Positions 50,257 through 59,130 of a stretch of DNA of 64,000 bases are shown here, piece by piece; the first letter of the stretch is position 1, and each line of letters starts with the position of its first letter. Below the pieces are notes generated by a model, which was not told the DNA's origin, did no database searches, and worked only from the letters and a program-made list of their open reading frames with translations. Where the stretch lies: IMG/VR virus record IMGVR_UViG_3300036792_000363, positions 60,774 to 124,773 of that record; one strand, 5' to 3'. This DNA is from a virus. The translations under genes and the position numbers were made by a program.

Positions 50257-51174
50257 TCACCACAGCGCCACGATGCTCTCGGCCAGCCCGACGGCCGCGC
50301 CGGAGCGCCAGGCGGAGTCGACCCGCGCCAGGACGGAGCGCAGCCGCTGCACCCGGGCCGGGTCGTAGGCGGCGGCATGCAGGGCGACCTTGCGCGGCAC
50401 GTACCGGTCGCGGCCGGGGTCGTCGCCGGACCGCTGGGCCTCGCGGACCTCGGCCATGGCGGTCAGCCGGTAGTCCAGCAGCCCGACCAGGGCCCCGACC
50501 TCGCCGCGCGGCACCTGCGCGGCCAGCGCCATCGCCCGCGCCCTGTCCCCGGCGGCGAGGGTGTCCGCCAGGTCCCCGATCGCGGCCTGCGGGCAGACCA
50601 GGGCCGCCCGCTCGGGCGTCGGCTCCAGCCCCGCGGCGGTGCCCTGGCGGCAGGCCTGCCAGGCGGCCTCCAGCGACCCGCAGCGGGCCAGCAGGTCGTA
50701 GGCGAGGACCGGCGTCATGCCGGGCCACCAGGAGGCCACCAGGGCCGCCCTGGCGTCGGCGGACGACGGGGCGCAGCAGCGCACCAGCTGCGCGTCCCGG
50801 GCGGACTGCAGCGCGGCCAGGTGCGGCGCCAGGCCGTCCTTGGTCTTGGCGAAGTCGCCCTCGGACGACACGAACACCGCCACCGAGGCGTCCAGGCCTT
50901 TCGCCTGCGCCAGGTCGACGAGGGCGTCCGGGTGCTTCAGCCTCTCCGCGCCGTAGATGACCGCCCGGCGCCCGCCCGGCGGCGGGTAGGTCAGCAGCGT
51001 GTCCCACATGGCGGTCTCCGGGCCCTCCCCGGCGAACCACGTGGCCAGCTGGGACGGCTGCGCCCCCTCGCGGTGCGCGGCCACCACCTCGCGGGCGAGG
51101 CAGGCCTCCCCGCCGCACACCCAGGTGAGCCTGCGGACGGTCGGGTTCTTGCGCCAGGTGCTGTAGGTCGCCAT
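50257..51174 (-). CDS. holA: DNA polymerase III delta-like clamp loader subunit
   Basis: TWVCGGE...REVV, RRAVIYGAERL, C-terminal LARVDSAWRSG collar; CGCAATA-N6-ATG. Confidence 0.65.
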   Translation of the reverse strand: MATYSTWRKNPTVRRLTWVCGGEACLAREVVAAHREGAQPSQLATWFAGEGPETAMWDTLLTYPPPGGRRAVIYGAERLKHPDALVDLAQAKGLDASVAVFVSSEGDFAKTKDGLAPHLAALQSARDAQLVRCCAPSSADARAALVASWWPGMTPVLAYDLLARCGSLEAAWQACRQGTAAGLEPTPERAALVCPQAAIGDLADTLAAGDRARAMALAAQVPRGEVGALVGLLDYRLTAMAEVREAQRSGDDPGRDRYVPRKVALHAAAYDPARVQRLRSVLARVDSAWRSGAAVGLAESIVALW

Positions 51175-51179
51175 GCCCT

Positions 51180-51722
51180 CTATTGCGCCTGACGGAGTGT
51201 CCCCGTCTGGCGGGCGAGGGCGGCGATCATCCCCGGCGTGTAGCGCGCGCCCTCGGCCAGCTGCATCCGCCGGGTGGCCGGGCCCGCCTGCTCCAGTTCG
51301 GCGGCGATGTAGCGCTCGAACTCCAGCCTGGTCAGCGCCGCCCACCGCGGCCCGTTCGGCCCGGCGAAGCTGCTGATGGACTCGATCAGGTGGTTGACCC
51401 GGGCGTGCACCAGGAAGAACGGGTCGGGCGCGGCTCCCTGCGCGGCCAGTTCGGCGAACTTTCCCTGGTTCGCCTGGACCAGCTGCTCGAACTCGGCCTG
51501 GATCACCTCAAGGGAGGGGGTGACCTTCGGCGGGGCGATGCGGCCCTCCTGGGACGGGCCCGTGATCCCCTGCGGGTGCTGCTGGATGTCGGGCGCCGCC
51601 GGGCCGGGCGTCTCGGTGCGGATGACGCGGCGGGTCCTGCGCGGGATGCCGTCGGGCTGCTGGCTCAAGGTGACTCCTCGGGGAGAGATTCGACCCCTCC
51701 CCAATCGCCAGATCCGGCGCAA
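51180..51722 (-). CDS. Hypothetical protein
   Basis: Open frame; start may be GTG near 51671. Confidence 0.6.
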   Translation of the reverse strand: MRRIWRLGRGRISPRGVTLSQQPDGIPRRTRRVIRTETPGPAAPDIQQHPQGITGPSQEGRIAPPKVTPSLEVIQAEFEQLVQANQGKFAELAAQGAAPDPFFLVHARVNHLIESISSFAGPNGPRWAALTRLEFERYIAAELEQAGPATRRMQLAEGARYTPGMIAALARQTGTLRQAQ

Positions 51723-52400
51723 TCACCCCCCGCAGAAGACCCGGGCGAGCGCGACCTGGGGGGCGAGCCGGGCCCCGGGCATCCGCGCCAGGTCCGCCAG
51801 CAGCTGCAGGGCCTCGCTCGGGGTCACCCCGGGCGCGAAGTCGGGCCCGAACGCCCGCCAGCGCTGCGAGGCGGCCTCCGCCGCCCAGGCGGCCAGCACG
51901 CGCGGCTGCGGGGCGTCCTTCGGGGTCTCCTTGAACCACCCGCGCACCGTGGCGGCCAGCCGCAGGTGCTGCCCCCGGCGGGCGGCGTCGACCGCGGCGG
52001 CCACCGACATGCGGATCCGGGGGTCGGCCATGGCCGGGTCGTCGGCGGTGCCCGACAGCGGCAGCAGGCGGCACCGGGACGCGATCGTGGGCAGCACCCG
52101 GCCGGCCGACGCGAGCACGAACCGGGTGGTGGCGGGCGGCTCCTCCAGCACCTTCAGCAGCGAGTTCTGGGCGGCCGCCGAAGCGCCGTCCAGGCAGATC
52201 AGGTAAACGCGCTGCTCCCCTGTCGGCCGCAGCCACGCGGTGCGGTGCACCTCGCGCGCCGCCGCGGCGTCCAGCTTCCCGGTCACGTGCCATGCCGGGC
52301 GGTCCAGGGCGCCGGCAAGCTCCCACGCCCCCGCCCCGCGCACCAGCGTGGCCGGGGGCAGGTCGCCCTCCAGGGCCGCGCGCACCTGCTCAGGCGTCAC
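51723..52400 (-). CDS. holB: DNA polymerase III delta-prime-like subunit
   Basis: SAAAQNSLLKVLEEPP..TRFVL...VLPTIASRC. Confidence 0.85.
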   Translation of the reverse strand: MTPEQVRAALEGDLPPATLVRGAGAWELAGALDRPAWHVTGKLDAAAAREVHRTAWLRPTGEQRVYLICLDGASAAAQNSLLKVLEEPPATTRFVLASAGRVLPTIASRCRLLPLSGTADDPAMADPRIRMSVAAAVDAARRGQHLRLAATVRGWFKETPKDAPQPRVLAAWAAEAASQRWRAFGPDFAPGVTPSEALQLLADLARMPGARLAPQVALARVFCGG

Positions 52401-52593
52401 CGGTCTTCTCCTCGTCTGTCACAGCCCAGAACTTCCAGTAGCCGCCCCGGGTGCGGCCGGCGTGGATGAGCGCGTCCGGGTGCCCGTTGTCCCAGTGACC
52501 CGGGCGCTGCTCGCACCGGGCGGTCGAGCGCTTCGACGGCCACGTGCCACACGTCGGCGGCGGCTCAGGCGCTGACTCGATCGTGATCTTCAA
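52390..52593 (-). CDS. Small Cys/His protein (67 aa)
   Basis: TC...RCEQRPGH...H pattern. Confidence 0.5.
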   Translation of the reverse strand: MKITIESAPEPPPTCGTWPSKRSTARCEQRPGHWDNGHPDALIHAGRTRGGYWKFWAVTDEEKTGDA

Positions 52594-53659
52594 CGGCGGC
52601 CACCTCCGCCACGTCCTCCTCGGCGAGCACCGACTGGATGACGGTGAGCAGGAACGAGGTCTTGGACTCGCTGGCGCCGGGCATCCGCGACAGGATGGCC
52701 TGCAGCGCGCCCCACATGCGGGCGTCGAAGATCCGGACCGGGGCCTCGGGCTCGCGGTCGACCAGCAGCTCCAGGCCGTAGATGAGCGCCGCCTTCACCC
52801 CGCCGAAGTGGCCGCCCGGGTAGTGGCCGCCTTTCGGCACCCGGCACTCGGGGTGCTGCGCCTGCACCTTGCGGGCGAACGCGATATACCAGGTCTTGCC
52901 GGCGCCGGCGAGCGGGTGCCCGGCGTCGATGAAGGCCGGCAGCACCCGGTTGCCGGGCGCGGCCTTCAGCGCGGTCACGGCGGCGCGCACCTGCTCGGCC
53001 GACAGCACCATGCCGCCAAGGTCGAACCGGCGCGGGTCGGTGATCTCCCTCAGCGCCGCGCGCAGCTCCGCGTACAGGGCGGTCGCGTCGTCCCGGCCGA
53101 GCCCCAGCTGGCCGCGCACTCCCGCCGCGGTGACGGTCTCGCCCGCCGCGTACCGGGCGGTCACCGCGTCGAACATGGCCGCCAGCGGCGGGCTGCCGGG
53201 CTCCGCCTCGCGCGCCGCCAGCTGCCCGCGCAGGCGGTCCAGCACCTCGCTGTCGCCCAGCGACGGGTAGTCCTCCCACTGGCCGGGAAGCCGGTCCACC
53301 CAGCGGCCGCCGGACTCCTCGTCCCCGGACGCGTCGGCGTCGTACGACACCTCGCGGCGCTTGCGGGCCAGCCGGTCGCGCAGCCCCTTGCCGTAGGCGG
53401 CGACCTTGCTCAGCATGTACGCCCTGAACGTCACCGTCTTGCCGGTGAACTCGCTCAGGTGGCCCGCGTCGTACTTGGCGATGATGTCGTTCTGGATGAA
53501 CTGGCCGAGAATGTACTGCACGCCGTCGTCGGCGTCGGCCTCCAGGGCGTCAGGGCCGAGGGCCCGCCAGACCACCCGCTTTATGACCGGCCCGTACTCC
53601 CGGAACAATTCGTCGTAGTCGGCCGGGGCCGCGCAGACAGCTGTATTCGGAGACGCCAC
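52565..53659 (-). CDS. Sigma-70 region 2-containing (ECF-like) transcription factor with C-terminal extension
   Basis: YDELFREYGPVIKRVV...DADDGVQYI...TFRAYM...LRDRLARKRRE region-2 pattern; HTH-like segment later; GGGGAG SD. Confidence 0.6.
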   Translation of the reverse strand: MASPNTAVCAAPADYDELFREYGPVIKRVVWRALGPDALEADADDGVQYILGQFIQNDIIAKYDAGHLSEFTGKTVTFRAYMLSKVAAYGKGLRDRLARKRREVSYDADASGDEESGGRWVDRLPGQWEDYPSLGDSEVLDRLRGQLAAREAEPGSPPLAAMFDAVTARYAAGETVTAAGVRGQLGLGRDDATALYAELRAALREITDPRRFDLGGMVLSAEQVRAAVTALKAAPGNRVLPAFIDAGHPLAGAGKTWYIAFARKVQAQHPECRVPKGGHYPGGHFGGVKAALIYGLELLVDREPEAPVRIFDARMWGALQAILSRMPGASESKTSFLLTVIQSVLAEEDVAEVAAVEDHDRVSA

Positions 53660-53711
53660 GTAGAACTCCCCACGAAATTACCTCACCAGGTAGGCCGAAG
53701 CCTAGCCCTGT

Positions 53712-53729
53712 GCTTGACCGTAGTCAAGC
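53712..53729. promoter_or_regulatory. Perfect palindromic operator GCTTGAC-CGTA-GTCAAGC in the leader of the ECF-like sigma gene
   Basis: Identical arms to 22293 copy; GGTAGTG class II-like motif at 53737-53743 upstream. Confidence 0.65.
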
Positions 53730-53738
53730 TGAACACCA

Positions 53739-54041
53739 CTACCAGACAGCGTTGTACTCCAGCCGCGCCTTCTTCAGGGCGTGCACGCCGACGGCGATCC
53801 GGGGGCCGGGCAGGTCAACCGCGCCGTCCGGGTCGGTCTCGGCCAGGATCACGCCGCGGCGGCCCAGGTTGGTCGACAGCGGGGAGCGGTAGGCGCCGGG
53901 GGCGTCCATCGAGAACCAGCCGCGGTCGAAGCTCACCACCACCCCGGGCTGCGCCGGGTCGGCCGCCTTGCCGGTCAGCTCCTCGGCAACCCGCCACTTG
54001 CGGCCTTTGAACAGGTCGTCCCACATGCCGGTGGTGCTCAC
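53739..54041 (-). CDS. Hypothetical protein (100 aa)
   Basis: GTGA coupling. Confidence 0.6.
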   Translation of the reverse strand: MSTTGMWDDLFKGRKWRVAEELTGKAADPAQPGVVVSFDRGWFSMDAPGAYRSPLSTNLGRRGVILAETDPDGAVDLPGPRIAVGVHALKKARLEYNAVW

Positions 54042-54223
54042 AGGTGATCCCTCCGCCAGTGCCGGCGGTACGCCCGCAGCGTCCGGAAGCGCGTGCCGGA
54101 ATAGCGGCGCCGGACCATCCCGCACGACCAGAACGTCACCCTGCCGGCGGACTTGACCTCCCGCTCCTCCCAGGGGCAGTACAGGAACGTGCCGCCGCGC
54201 TTGGGCTCCGGGGGGTCGGTCAT
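54038..54223 (-). CDS. Small hypothetical protein (61 aa)
   Basis: Coupled ORF. Confidence 0.55.
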   Translation of the reverse strand: MTDPPEPKRGGTFLYCPWEEREVKSAGRVTFWSCGMVRRRYSGTRFRTLRAYRRHWRRDHL

Positions 54224-54226
54224 TGC

Positions 54227-54493
54227 TCACTCCAGCGGGTCGGGCACCTCGAACCGGGAGACGGACCGCGCCCGGCGGACCTGGGTATCGGCAACCCGGT
54301 CGGCTAGATCATCGGCATGCTCGGCCCGGGCCTCCTCGCGCCGCCAGCGGGCGTACTCCTGCGCCGCCGGGAGCGCGCGGTCCCGGTCGGCCCGGTACAG
54401 CGCGCCGAACTCCGCGCAGAACAGCACGTGCCGCTCGACCGCCTTGCGCTCCCCGGTCTCCCGGCACCCGGCGCAGCGGCCCCGCTCGCTCAC
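54227..54493 (-). CDS. Small zinc-binding protein (CAGC...HVLFC)
   Basis: C2HC motif; GTGA coupling. Confidence 0.6.
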   Translation of the reverse strand: MSERGRCAGCRETGERKAVERHVLFCAEFGALYRADRDRALPAAQEYARWRREEARAEHADDLADRVADTQVRRARSVSRFEVPDPLE

Positions 54494-54738
54494 CCGAACT
54501 CCAGGCAGAGGACGCCGGCGACGGTCAGCGGCCGGTCGGCCTCCAGCGCGGCGTCTATGTTCTTGCACAGCGTGTCGGCCCGGCGGGCGTAGCGGAACCC
54601 GGGGCAGGTGCACGACCACGACCCGTCGGCGTGCAGCGTCACCACGTGGATGGTGCCGGGGTCACGCGCCGACGGGAAGTGCCACTCGATGTCGGCCCCG
54701 GGCGCCGTCCGGTCGGGGACGCCGATGCTCACGTGCAC
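54490..54738 (-). CDS. SWIM zinc-finger protein
   Basis: WSCTCPGFRY...LCKNI (CxC...CxH-like). Confidence 0.7.
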   Translation of the reverse strand: MHVSIGVPDRTAPGADIEWHFPSARDPGTIHVVTLHADGSWSCTCPGFRYARRADTLCKNIDAALEADRPLTVAGVLCLEFG

Positions 54739-55016
54739 TACCCCGCGACCGTGAGCGGGCCGTCGGCCCCGGGCGCGGGCCCCGGCGAGTACGTGACCTG
54801 GCCGGTCCCGGTGTCGGCCGTGTAGTGGCCGGGCTCCCCCGCGATGGTGACGTTGACGACGGGGGCCTGCCCGGCCGCGGCAAGCTCCCGTCTGTGCACG
54901 CTCTCCTGGTACTCGCGCACGGTGGCCTGGTCCTCCCAGTCCTTCTTCAGCCTGTCGAAGAACGGCGTGTCAGTGTCGCTGACCATCGCGGCGGGGGTGT
55001 CAAGCTCGTCGGCCAT
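54738..55016 (-). CDS. Hypothetical protein (92 aa)
   Basis: CGTAGCA-N6-ATG start. Confidence 0.6.
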   Translation of the reverse strand: MADELDTPAAMVSDTDTPFFDRLKKDWEDQATVREYQESVHRRELAAAGQAPVVNVTIAGEPGHYTADTGTGQVTYSPGPAPGADGPLTVAG

Positions 55017-55024
55017 AGCTGATG

Positions 55025-55324
55025 CTACGACGCGAGCGCAGCCGGCTCCCGGGAAACCGCGGCCTTGGCCTCGGCGGCCTGGGCGCGCTCCGCGGCGGCC
55101 TGCTGCGCGGCCCTCTGCTCGGCCAGCAGCCTGTCCACCTCGTCCCTGGAGACGAGGTAGGCGGCCGGGCGCTTGTCCGGGTCCGAGCCCGGCACATAGC
55201 ACAGCGACGTCAGCTTGCCCGACTCAGCGCGCTGGAACATGCTCTGCCGCGAGATTTTCAGCTCCATGCCCGCCTCGGGCAGGGTGAGCCAGCCTTTGAT
55301 GTGCGGGCAGTCGATCTTCTTCAT
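55025..55324 (-). CDS. Excisionase/MerR-like helix-turn-helix protein
   Basis: WLTLPEAGMELKISRQSMFQRAESGKL...YLVSRDEVDRL; GAGGAGGA SD. Confidence 0.8.
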   Translation of the reverse strand: MKKIDCPHIKGWLTLPEAGMELKISRQSMFQRAESGKLTSLCYVPGSDPDKRPAAYLVSRDEVDRLLAEQRAAQQAAAERAQAAEAKAAVSREPAALAS

Positions 55325-55356
55325 GAGTTCCTCCTCAGACGCTCTTTACCTTCCCA

Positions 55357-55374
55357 GCTTAACCCAAGTCAAGC
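55357..55374. promoter_or_regulatory. Palindromic operator copy GCTTAAC-CCAA-GTCAAGC over the -35 (TTGACT) of the HTH gene promoter
   Basis: One mismatch to perfect palindrome. Confidence 0.6.
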
Positions 55375-55920
55375 TTACTTGGGTAGCGGGACATTCAGCG
55401 CCTTCCCCATGATTCTCTTGCACCCCGCCAGCCACGCATCGCAATCACTGGCTGATCGCACCTGCGGCAGCAGCGCGTTGCACCCCGCCAGCGCCCTGGC
55501 GGTGCGCGGCTCGAACTGCCGGGCCTGCCAGTCCGGGCAGTTGGCGGAGCACCAGATCCGCAGCGCGTCGGCCAGGTCGGAGCGGGCCGGCTCCTGCACG
55601 GCCGCCGCGGTCTCGGCGAACCGGGACGAGTAGTCGGGGGCCACGTACCCGATGAGGTCCAGCGCCTTGTCCGCGGCGTCCTCGCGCTCCATGTTCCAGT
55701 AGTCGGCCAGCAGCCGGACCGGGGTGACCCAGAGCCTTTGAGAGAAGCAGTACCCGTGATCGGGGTAGACGCGCATCCCCGCCGACGCGCCGCACAGCGG
55801 GCAGGTGACCTTCAGCCCGCGGTCCCGCCGCCCGGCCGGGGCCCCGGCCCACTCCAGCGCCTTGAGGAAGGACACCTTCTCGTTGGCGATCGAGGTCAGG
55901 GAGCGGGCGCCCCTGGTCAA
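55375..55920 (-). CDS. Primase-type zinc-binding (CHC2-like) domain protein without catalytic domain
   Basis: VTCPLC...MRVYPDHGYCF...VRLLADYWNMEREDAA; TTGA-coupled to dnaB. Confidence 0.6.
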   Translation of the reverse strand: MTRGARSLTSIANEKVSFLKALEWAGAPAGRRDRGLKVTCPLCGASAGMRVYPDHGYCFSQRLWVTPVRLLADYWNMEREDAADKALDLIGYVAPDYSSRFAETAAAVQEPARSDLADALRIWCSANCPDWQARQFEPRTARALAGCNALLPQVRSASDCDAWLAGCKRIMGKALNVPLPK

Positions 55921-57389
55921 TTCATGTCCAGGTCGGGCCCGAACAGCTCCTCCGGCGAGTCGAGCCCGCGCTCGGTGAAGCAGCAGGTGGCGTAGTCGGC
56001 GTAAAGCTCGAAGTTGTTGCCCCGTCGGCCCGCCCGGTTCTTCATCACGTTCACCAGCACCGGCGCGCGGCGCCCCCGGGAGTTGTCCTCGTCGGGGTTG
56101 AGCAGGGCCAGCACCAGGCCGGGGGTCTTGGCGGCCTCCTTGGTCTCGCTCATGTGCTGGTCGAGGACGAACTTGCCGTTGCTGCGCATCGACGCGGCCC
56201 CGTCCCCGTTCACCTGCCACGGGGAGATGAACGGGACCCCCTCCCCGTCGTCGACCGACCGGCACCAGCCGGCGGCGGCCTTGACGATCCCGGCCTGGTC
56301 CTCGTTGGCCCGCGAGTCGCGCTTGATCCGCTCGGGGGTGAACAGCTGCAGGTAGTCCGCGATGGCCAGGTCCACCGGGTACTGCCGCCGGATGGAGGCG
56401 TACCGGGCGGCCATCCCCGACACGGTGGCCACCTCGGGCAGCTGCACCACGTTCAGCTGCCCGTAGTCCCCGGTCTTCAGGTCGTCCAGCACCCAGGCGA
56501 GCGCCTTCTCCCCGTCGCCGTTCAGCCGGCCGGCCCGGATGTCGGAGTCGTCGATCCCGCGCGGCAGCCCGAACTTGGGGAGCATCGAGTGCCGGGCCAC
56601 GATCTTGGACCGCAGCGCCGGCCGCAGCTGCTCGGTGGTGAAGAAGACGACGTTCTTGCCCTCCATCACCGCGTTGAACCAGCCGCACTGCACGCACAGG
56701 GTCGACTTGCCCGCCGTGGTGGTCGCGGCCACCAGGGCCATCTCCCCGGGGCCCAGCCCGCTGCCCAGGTAGTCGTCCAGCGCGGGCAGCCCCCACCGGA
56801 TCCCGGGCGTGTGCCCGGCCAGCCGCAGCTCCTTCGCCCGCGCGTACTCCGACAGCACGGCGTCGCCCTCGGTGATGACGTTGCCCTCGGGGGTCAGCGC
56901 GCCCGAGGCCCGCTCGGCCCGGGCGAACACCTCCAGCACGTGCGCGCGGGCGTCCTTGTGGCCGACCAGCGGCTCTTTCGTCTTCTCGTCGATGATCTCC
57001 TCGCCCGGCCGCGGGTTGAGGATGGCCATGCCCTGCGCCAGCCCCTCGGCGGTGTAGCGGTGCGCCGACAGCTCGCGCAGCTGGGCAAGGGAGAACTTGA
57101 ACTCGTGCTCCTCCGGCCTACTCGCGGCCAGCTTGTCGTAGAACTCCGCCATCCGCTGCGCCGACCCGGGCCGCTGGGCCCGCATCAGGTCGAACAGGGC
57201 GTCCCGGCTGCAGATGCCGCCGTGGTCGCCCGCGTACCGGGTCAGGAACTCGAACAGCATCCGCTGCGCGCGGTCGGTGAAGTAGTCCAGGTCGTCGATC
57301 CGCGCGCCGGCGTAGTCGAGCGCCTTCAGGTCCCCGCCGCCCGCCAGGACGCGGGCGAGCACGATCTCGCCGTGCCCCTTGGCGTCCAT
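55917..57389 (-). CDS. dnaB: DnaB-like replicative helicase
   Basis: AATTTAGKST, VFFTTEQ, LAIADYLQL, ISPWQVN, KNRAGRRG. Confidence 0.9.
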   Translation of the reverse strand: MDAKGHGEIVLARVLAGGGDLKALDYAGARIDDLDYFTDRAQRMLFEFLTRYAGDHGGICSRDALFDLMRAQRPGSAQRMAEFYDKLAASRPEEHEFKFSLAQLRELSAHRYTAEGLAQGMAILNPRPGEEIIDEKTKEPLVGHKDARAHVLEVFARAERASGALTPEGNVITEGDAVLSEYARAKELRLAGHTPGIRWGLPALDDYLGSGLGPGEMALVAATTTAGKSTLCVQCGWFNAVMEGKNVVFFTTEQLRPALRSKIVARHSMLPKFGLPRGIDDSDIRAGRLNGDGEKALAWVLDDLKTGDYGQLNVVQLPEVATVSGMAARYASIRRQYPVDLAIADYLQLFTPERIKRDSRANEDQAGIVKAAAGWCRSVDDGEGVPFISPWQVNGDGAASMRSNGKFVLDQHMSETKEAAKTPGLVLALLNPDEDNSRGRRAPVLVNVMKNRAGRRGNNFELYADYATCCFTERGLDSPEELFGPDLDMN

Positions 57390-58051
57390 AACGCAGCCTC
57401 CCGCGCCAAGTAGGACAGCGCGTGCACGGCGATGTAGTTGGTGAAGTACGCCGGCGCGGCCTCCTTCATGAACTCGCGCGGCATGTACCGGGAGACCCCC
57501 ATCACCTCGCGGACCTTGGCGATGGGGGCGGCGTGCCCGGCGACCGACATGACGGTGCCCGGCACCCAGTGCCCCGCCCTGCTGGCGGGCATGGTGTGCT
57601 CGGGGTGGCGCAGCGCGGGGACGGTCAGCCCGTTGCCCAGCTCGAACCCGCGGTGCCGGTAGATCTCCCGGCCGAACGAGAACCCGCACAGCCACAGCGG
57701 GTCGATGAGCGGGCTGTTCTCCACGTTCTCGATGACGTAGGGGACGCCGCTGGCCTGCAGGACCGGGCGCATCGGCGTTATCAGGTCGGGGTACATCTTC
57801 GCCAGCCCCGGCCTGCAGTTGCTCATCTTCGACCACCGCTGGCAGGGCGGGGCCACGTGCACCAGGTTGAAGTTCTCGGCCAGGTACTCGGGGGTGAGCG
57901 TCAGCATGTCGACGCAGTGGAACTCGTAGGGGTACCACCGCTCGCACTCGGGGTTGTTGTCGAAGCCGACCACCTCGAACCCCGCCTGGGCGTACCCGTC
58001 TCCTGAGATGCCGACGCCGCCTCCGACGTCGGCCACGCGCTGGGCCGCCAC
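57326..58051 (-). CDS. C5-cytosine DNA methyltransferase (compact actinophage type)
   Basis: HVAPPCQRWS (motif IV), YVIENVE (VI), YRHRGFE (VIII); motif I degenerate (ADVGGGVG). Confidence 0.8.
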   Translation of the reverse strand: MAAQRVADVGGGVGISGDGYAQAGFEVVGFDNNPECERWYPYEFHCVDMLTLTPEYLAENFNLVHVAPPCQRWSKMSNCRPGLAKMYPDLITPMRPVLQASGVPYVIENVENSPLIDPLWLCGFSFGREIYRHRGFELGNGLTVPALRHPEHTMPASRAGHWVPGTVMSVAGHAAPIAKVREVMGVSRYMPREFMKEAAPAYFTNYIAVHALSYLAREAALWTPRGTARSCSPASWRAAGT

Positions 58052-58053
58052 GC

Positions 58054-58584
58054 CTACTCCGCCAGGCGGAAGGCCCTGAGAGGGTGCCCGGGGTCGAACG
58101 CGGCCCGGTTGCCGGCGACGCCGGTGAGGATAACCTTCATGCCTACTGCTACGTCCGGCACGCCGGCGACCGTCTCGTAGCGCAGCACCTGCTCGGTCTC
58201 GGCGATCTTGCCCACGTCCGGCACCACGTCCCCGGCCGCCACCTCGTCGGCGCGGCACTGCGTCCAGGCGCGGCCGTGGCGGTCGAGCGAGATCCGCTCG
58301 CGGCGGAACGGGGCCGGCAGCACCCGGCGGGTGGACGGCACCCGCGGCAGGTGCTCGCCGTCGAAGGTGATCCGCGACGCGGCCTCCGCCTTGGTGATGG
58401 GCACCATGTCCTGCTCGCGCACCGTGGCGGCCGCGTCGGTGTTCCGGGCGATCTCCTCCAGCACCGGCTCGGAGATGAACGCCTCCATCGGCGGGGCGGG
58501 CCCGTTCCCGGCGTAGTACCGGTCGACGTCCCTGCCGAGGGAGTCAGGTATCTCCAGGATGTGGCCCGGCTTGTCGTCGCTCAA
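58054..58584 (-). CDS. Hypothetical protein (176 aa)
   Basis: TTG start with GGGAGG SD; CCGATC late-like motif at 58612-58617. Confidence 0.65.
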   Translation of the reverse strand: MSDDKPGHILEIPDSLGRDVDRYYAGNGPAPPMEAFISEPVLEEIARNTDAAATVREQDMVPITKAEAASRITFDGEHLPRVPSTRRVLPAPFRRERISLDRHGRAWTQCRADEVAAGDVVPDVGKIAETEQVLRYETVAGVPDVAVGMKVILTGVAGNRAAFDPGHPLRAFRLAE

Positions 58585-58996
58585 CGTCCGCCCTCCCGTT
58601 TCCGGCGGGACGATCGGCGGCGACCGCGAACCGCCCGGTGCTAGAGCGGACGACCCGCCCGCATCCGGCGCACCCACCCTCTCTCCATATCCACGTGAAC
58701 AGGCCGTCCGCAGCCAGCACCTTACTGCCGTCGCAGTCGTAGTGCGGGAACTCCGCCGAGGTCGCCCCGACGGCGCCGCAATAGCAGACCCGGTACTCCG
58801 GGCTGGCCGCGCGGTGCTCGCGCAGCGTGATGCCGACGCTCGCGCCGCCCCGTGCGGCGCACTCGTGCCGCACCACCCGCCAGACCGCCAGCGCCGCCCC
58901 GTGCGGCGGTCTGGCGGCGTTCAGGTCGTCGAGCAGCCCCTGACGGTGGGCGCGGAACATGCGCCCGGCCTGCTTCTCGTCATCGGTCAGGGTCAC
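58544..58996 (-). CDS. Cys-rich zinc-binding protein
   Basis: VCYCGA...YDCDG...GCAGCGR. Confidence 0.6.
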   Translation of the reverse strand: MTLTDDEKQAGRMFRAHRQGLLDDLNAARPPHGAALAVWRVVRHECAARGGASVGITLREHRAASPEYRVCYCGAVGATSAEFPHYDCDGSKVLAADGLFTWIWREGGCAGCGRVVRSSTGRFAVAADRPAGNGRADVERRQAGPHPGDT

Positions 58997-59130
58997 CGGG
59001 CCCACCAGGACCGGTGCGTGACCCGGCCGCGCGGGTAGAACTGCACCCTCCGGCGGCACTGCGAGCACACCCAGCGCCTGCGCCGGTAGCTCCAGACCGC
59101 GAACGCCCGGTGCGGGATGAGCAGCCACAC
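58993..59130 (-). CDS. 45-aa basic zinc-ribbon peptide (WVCSQC)
   Basis: Coupled to sigma gene stop. Confidence 0.45.
   Translation of the reverse strand: MWLLIPHRAFAVWSYRRRRWVCSQCRRRVQFYPRGRVTHRSWWAR

Noticed and set aside
55025-55324. Evidence of prophage integration from the excisionase-like gene
   Set aside because: No integrase or att site seen in the window; HTH_17-type proteins are often plain regulators
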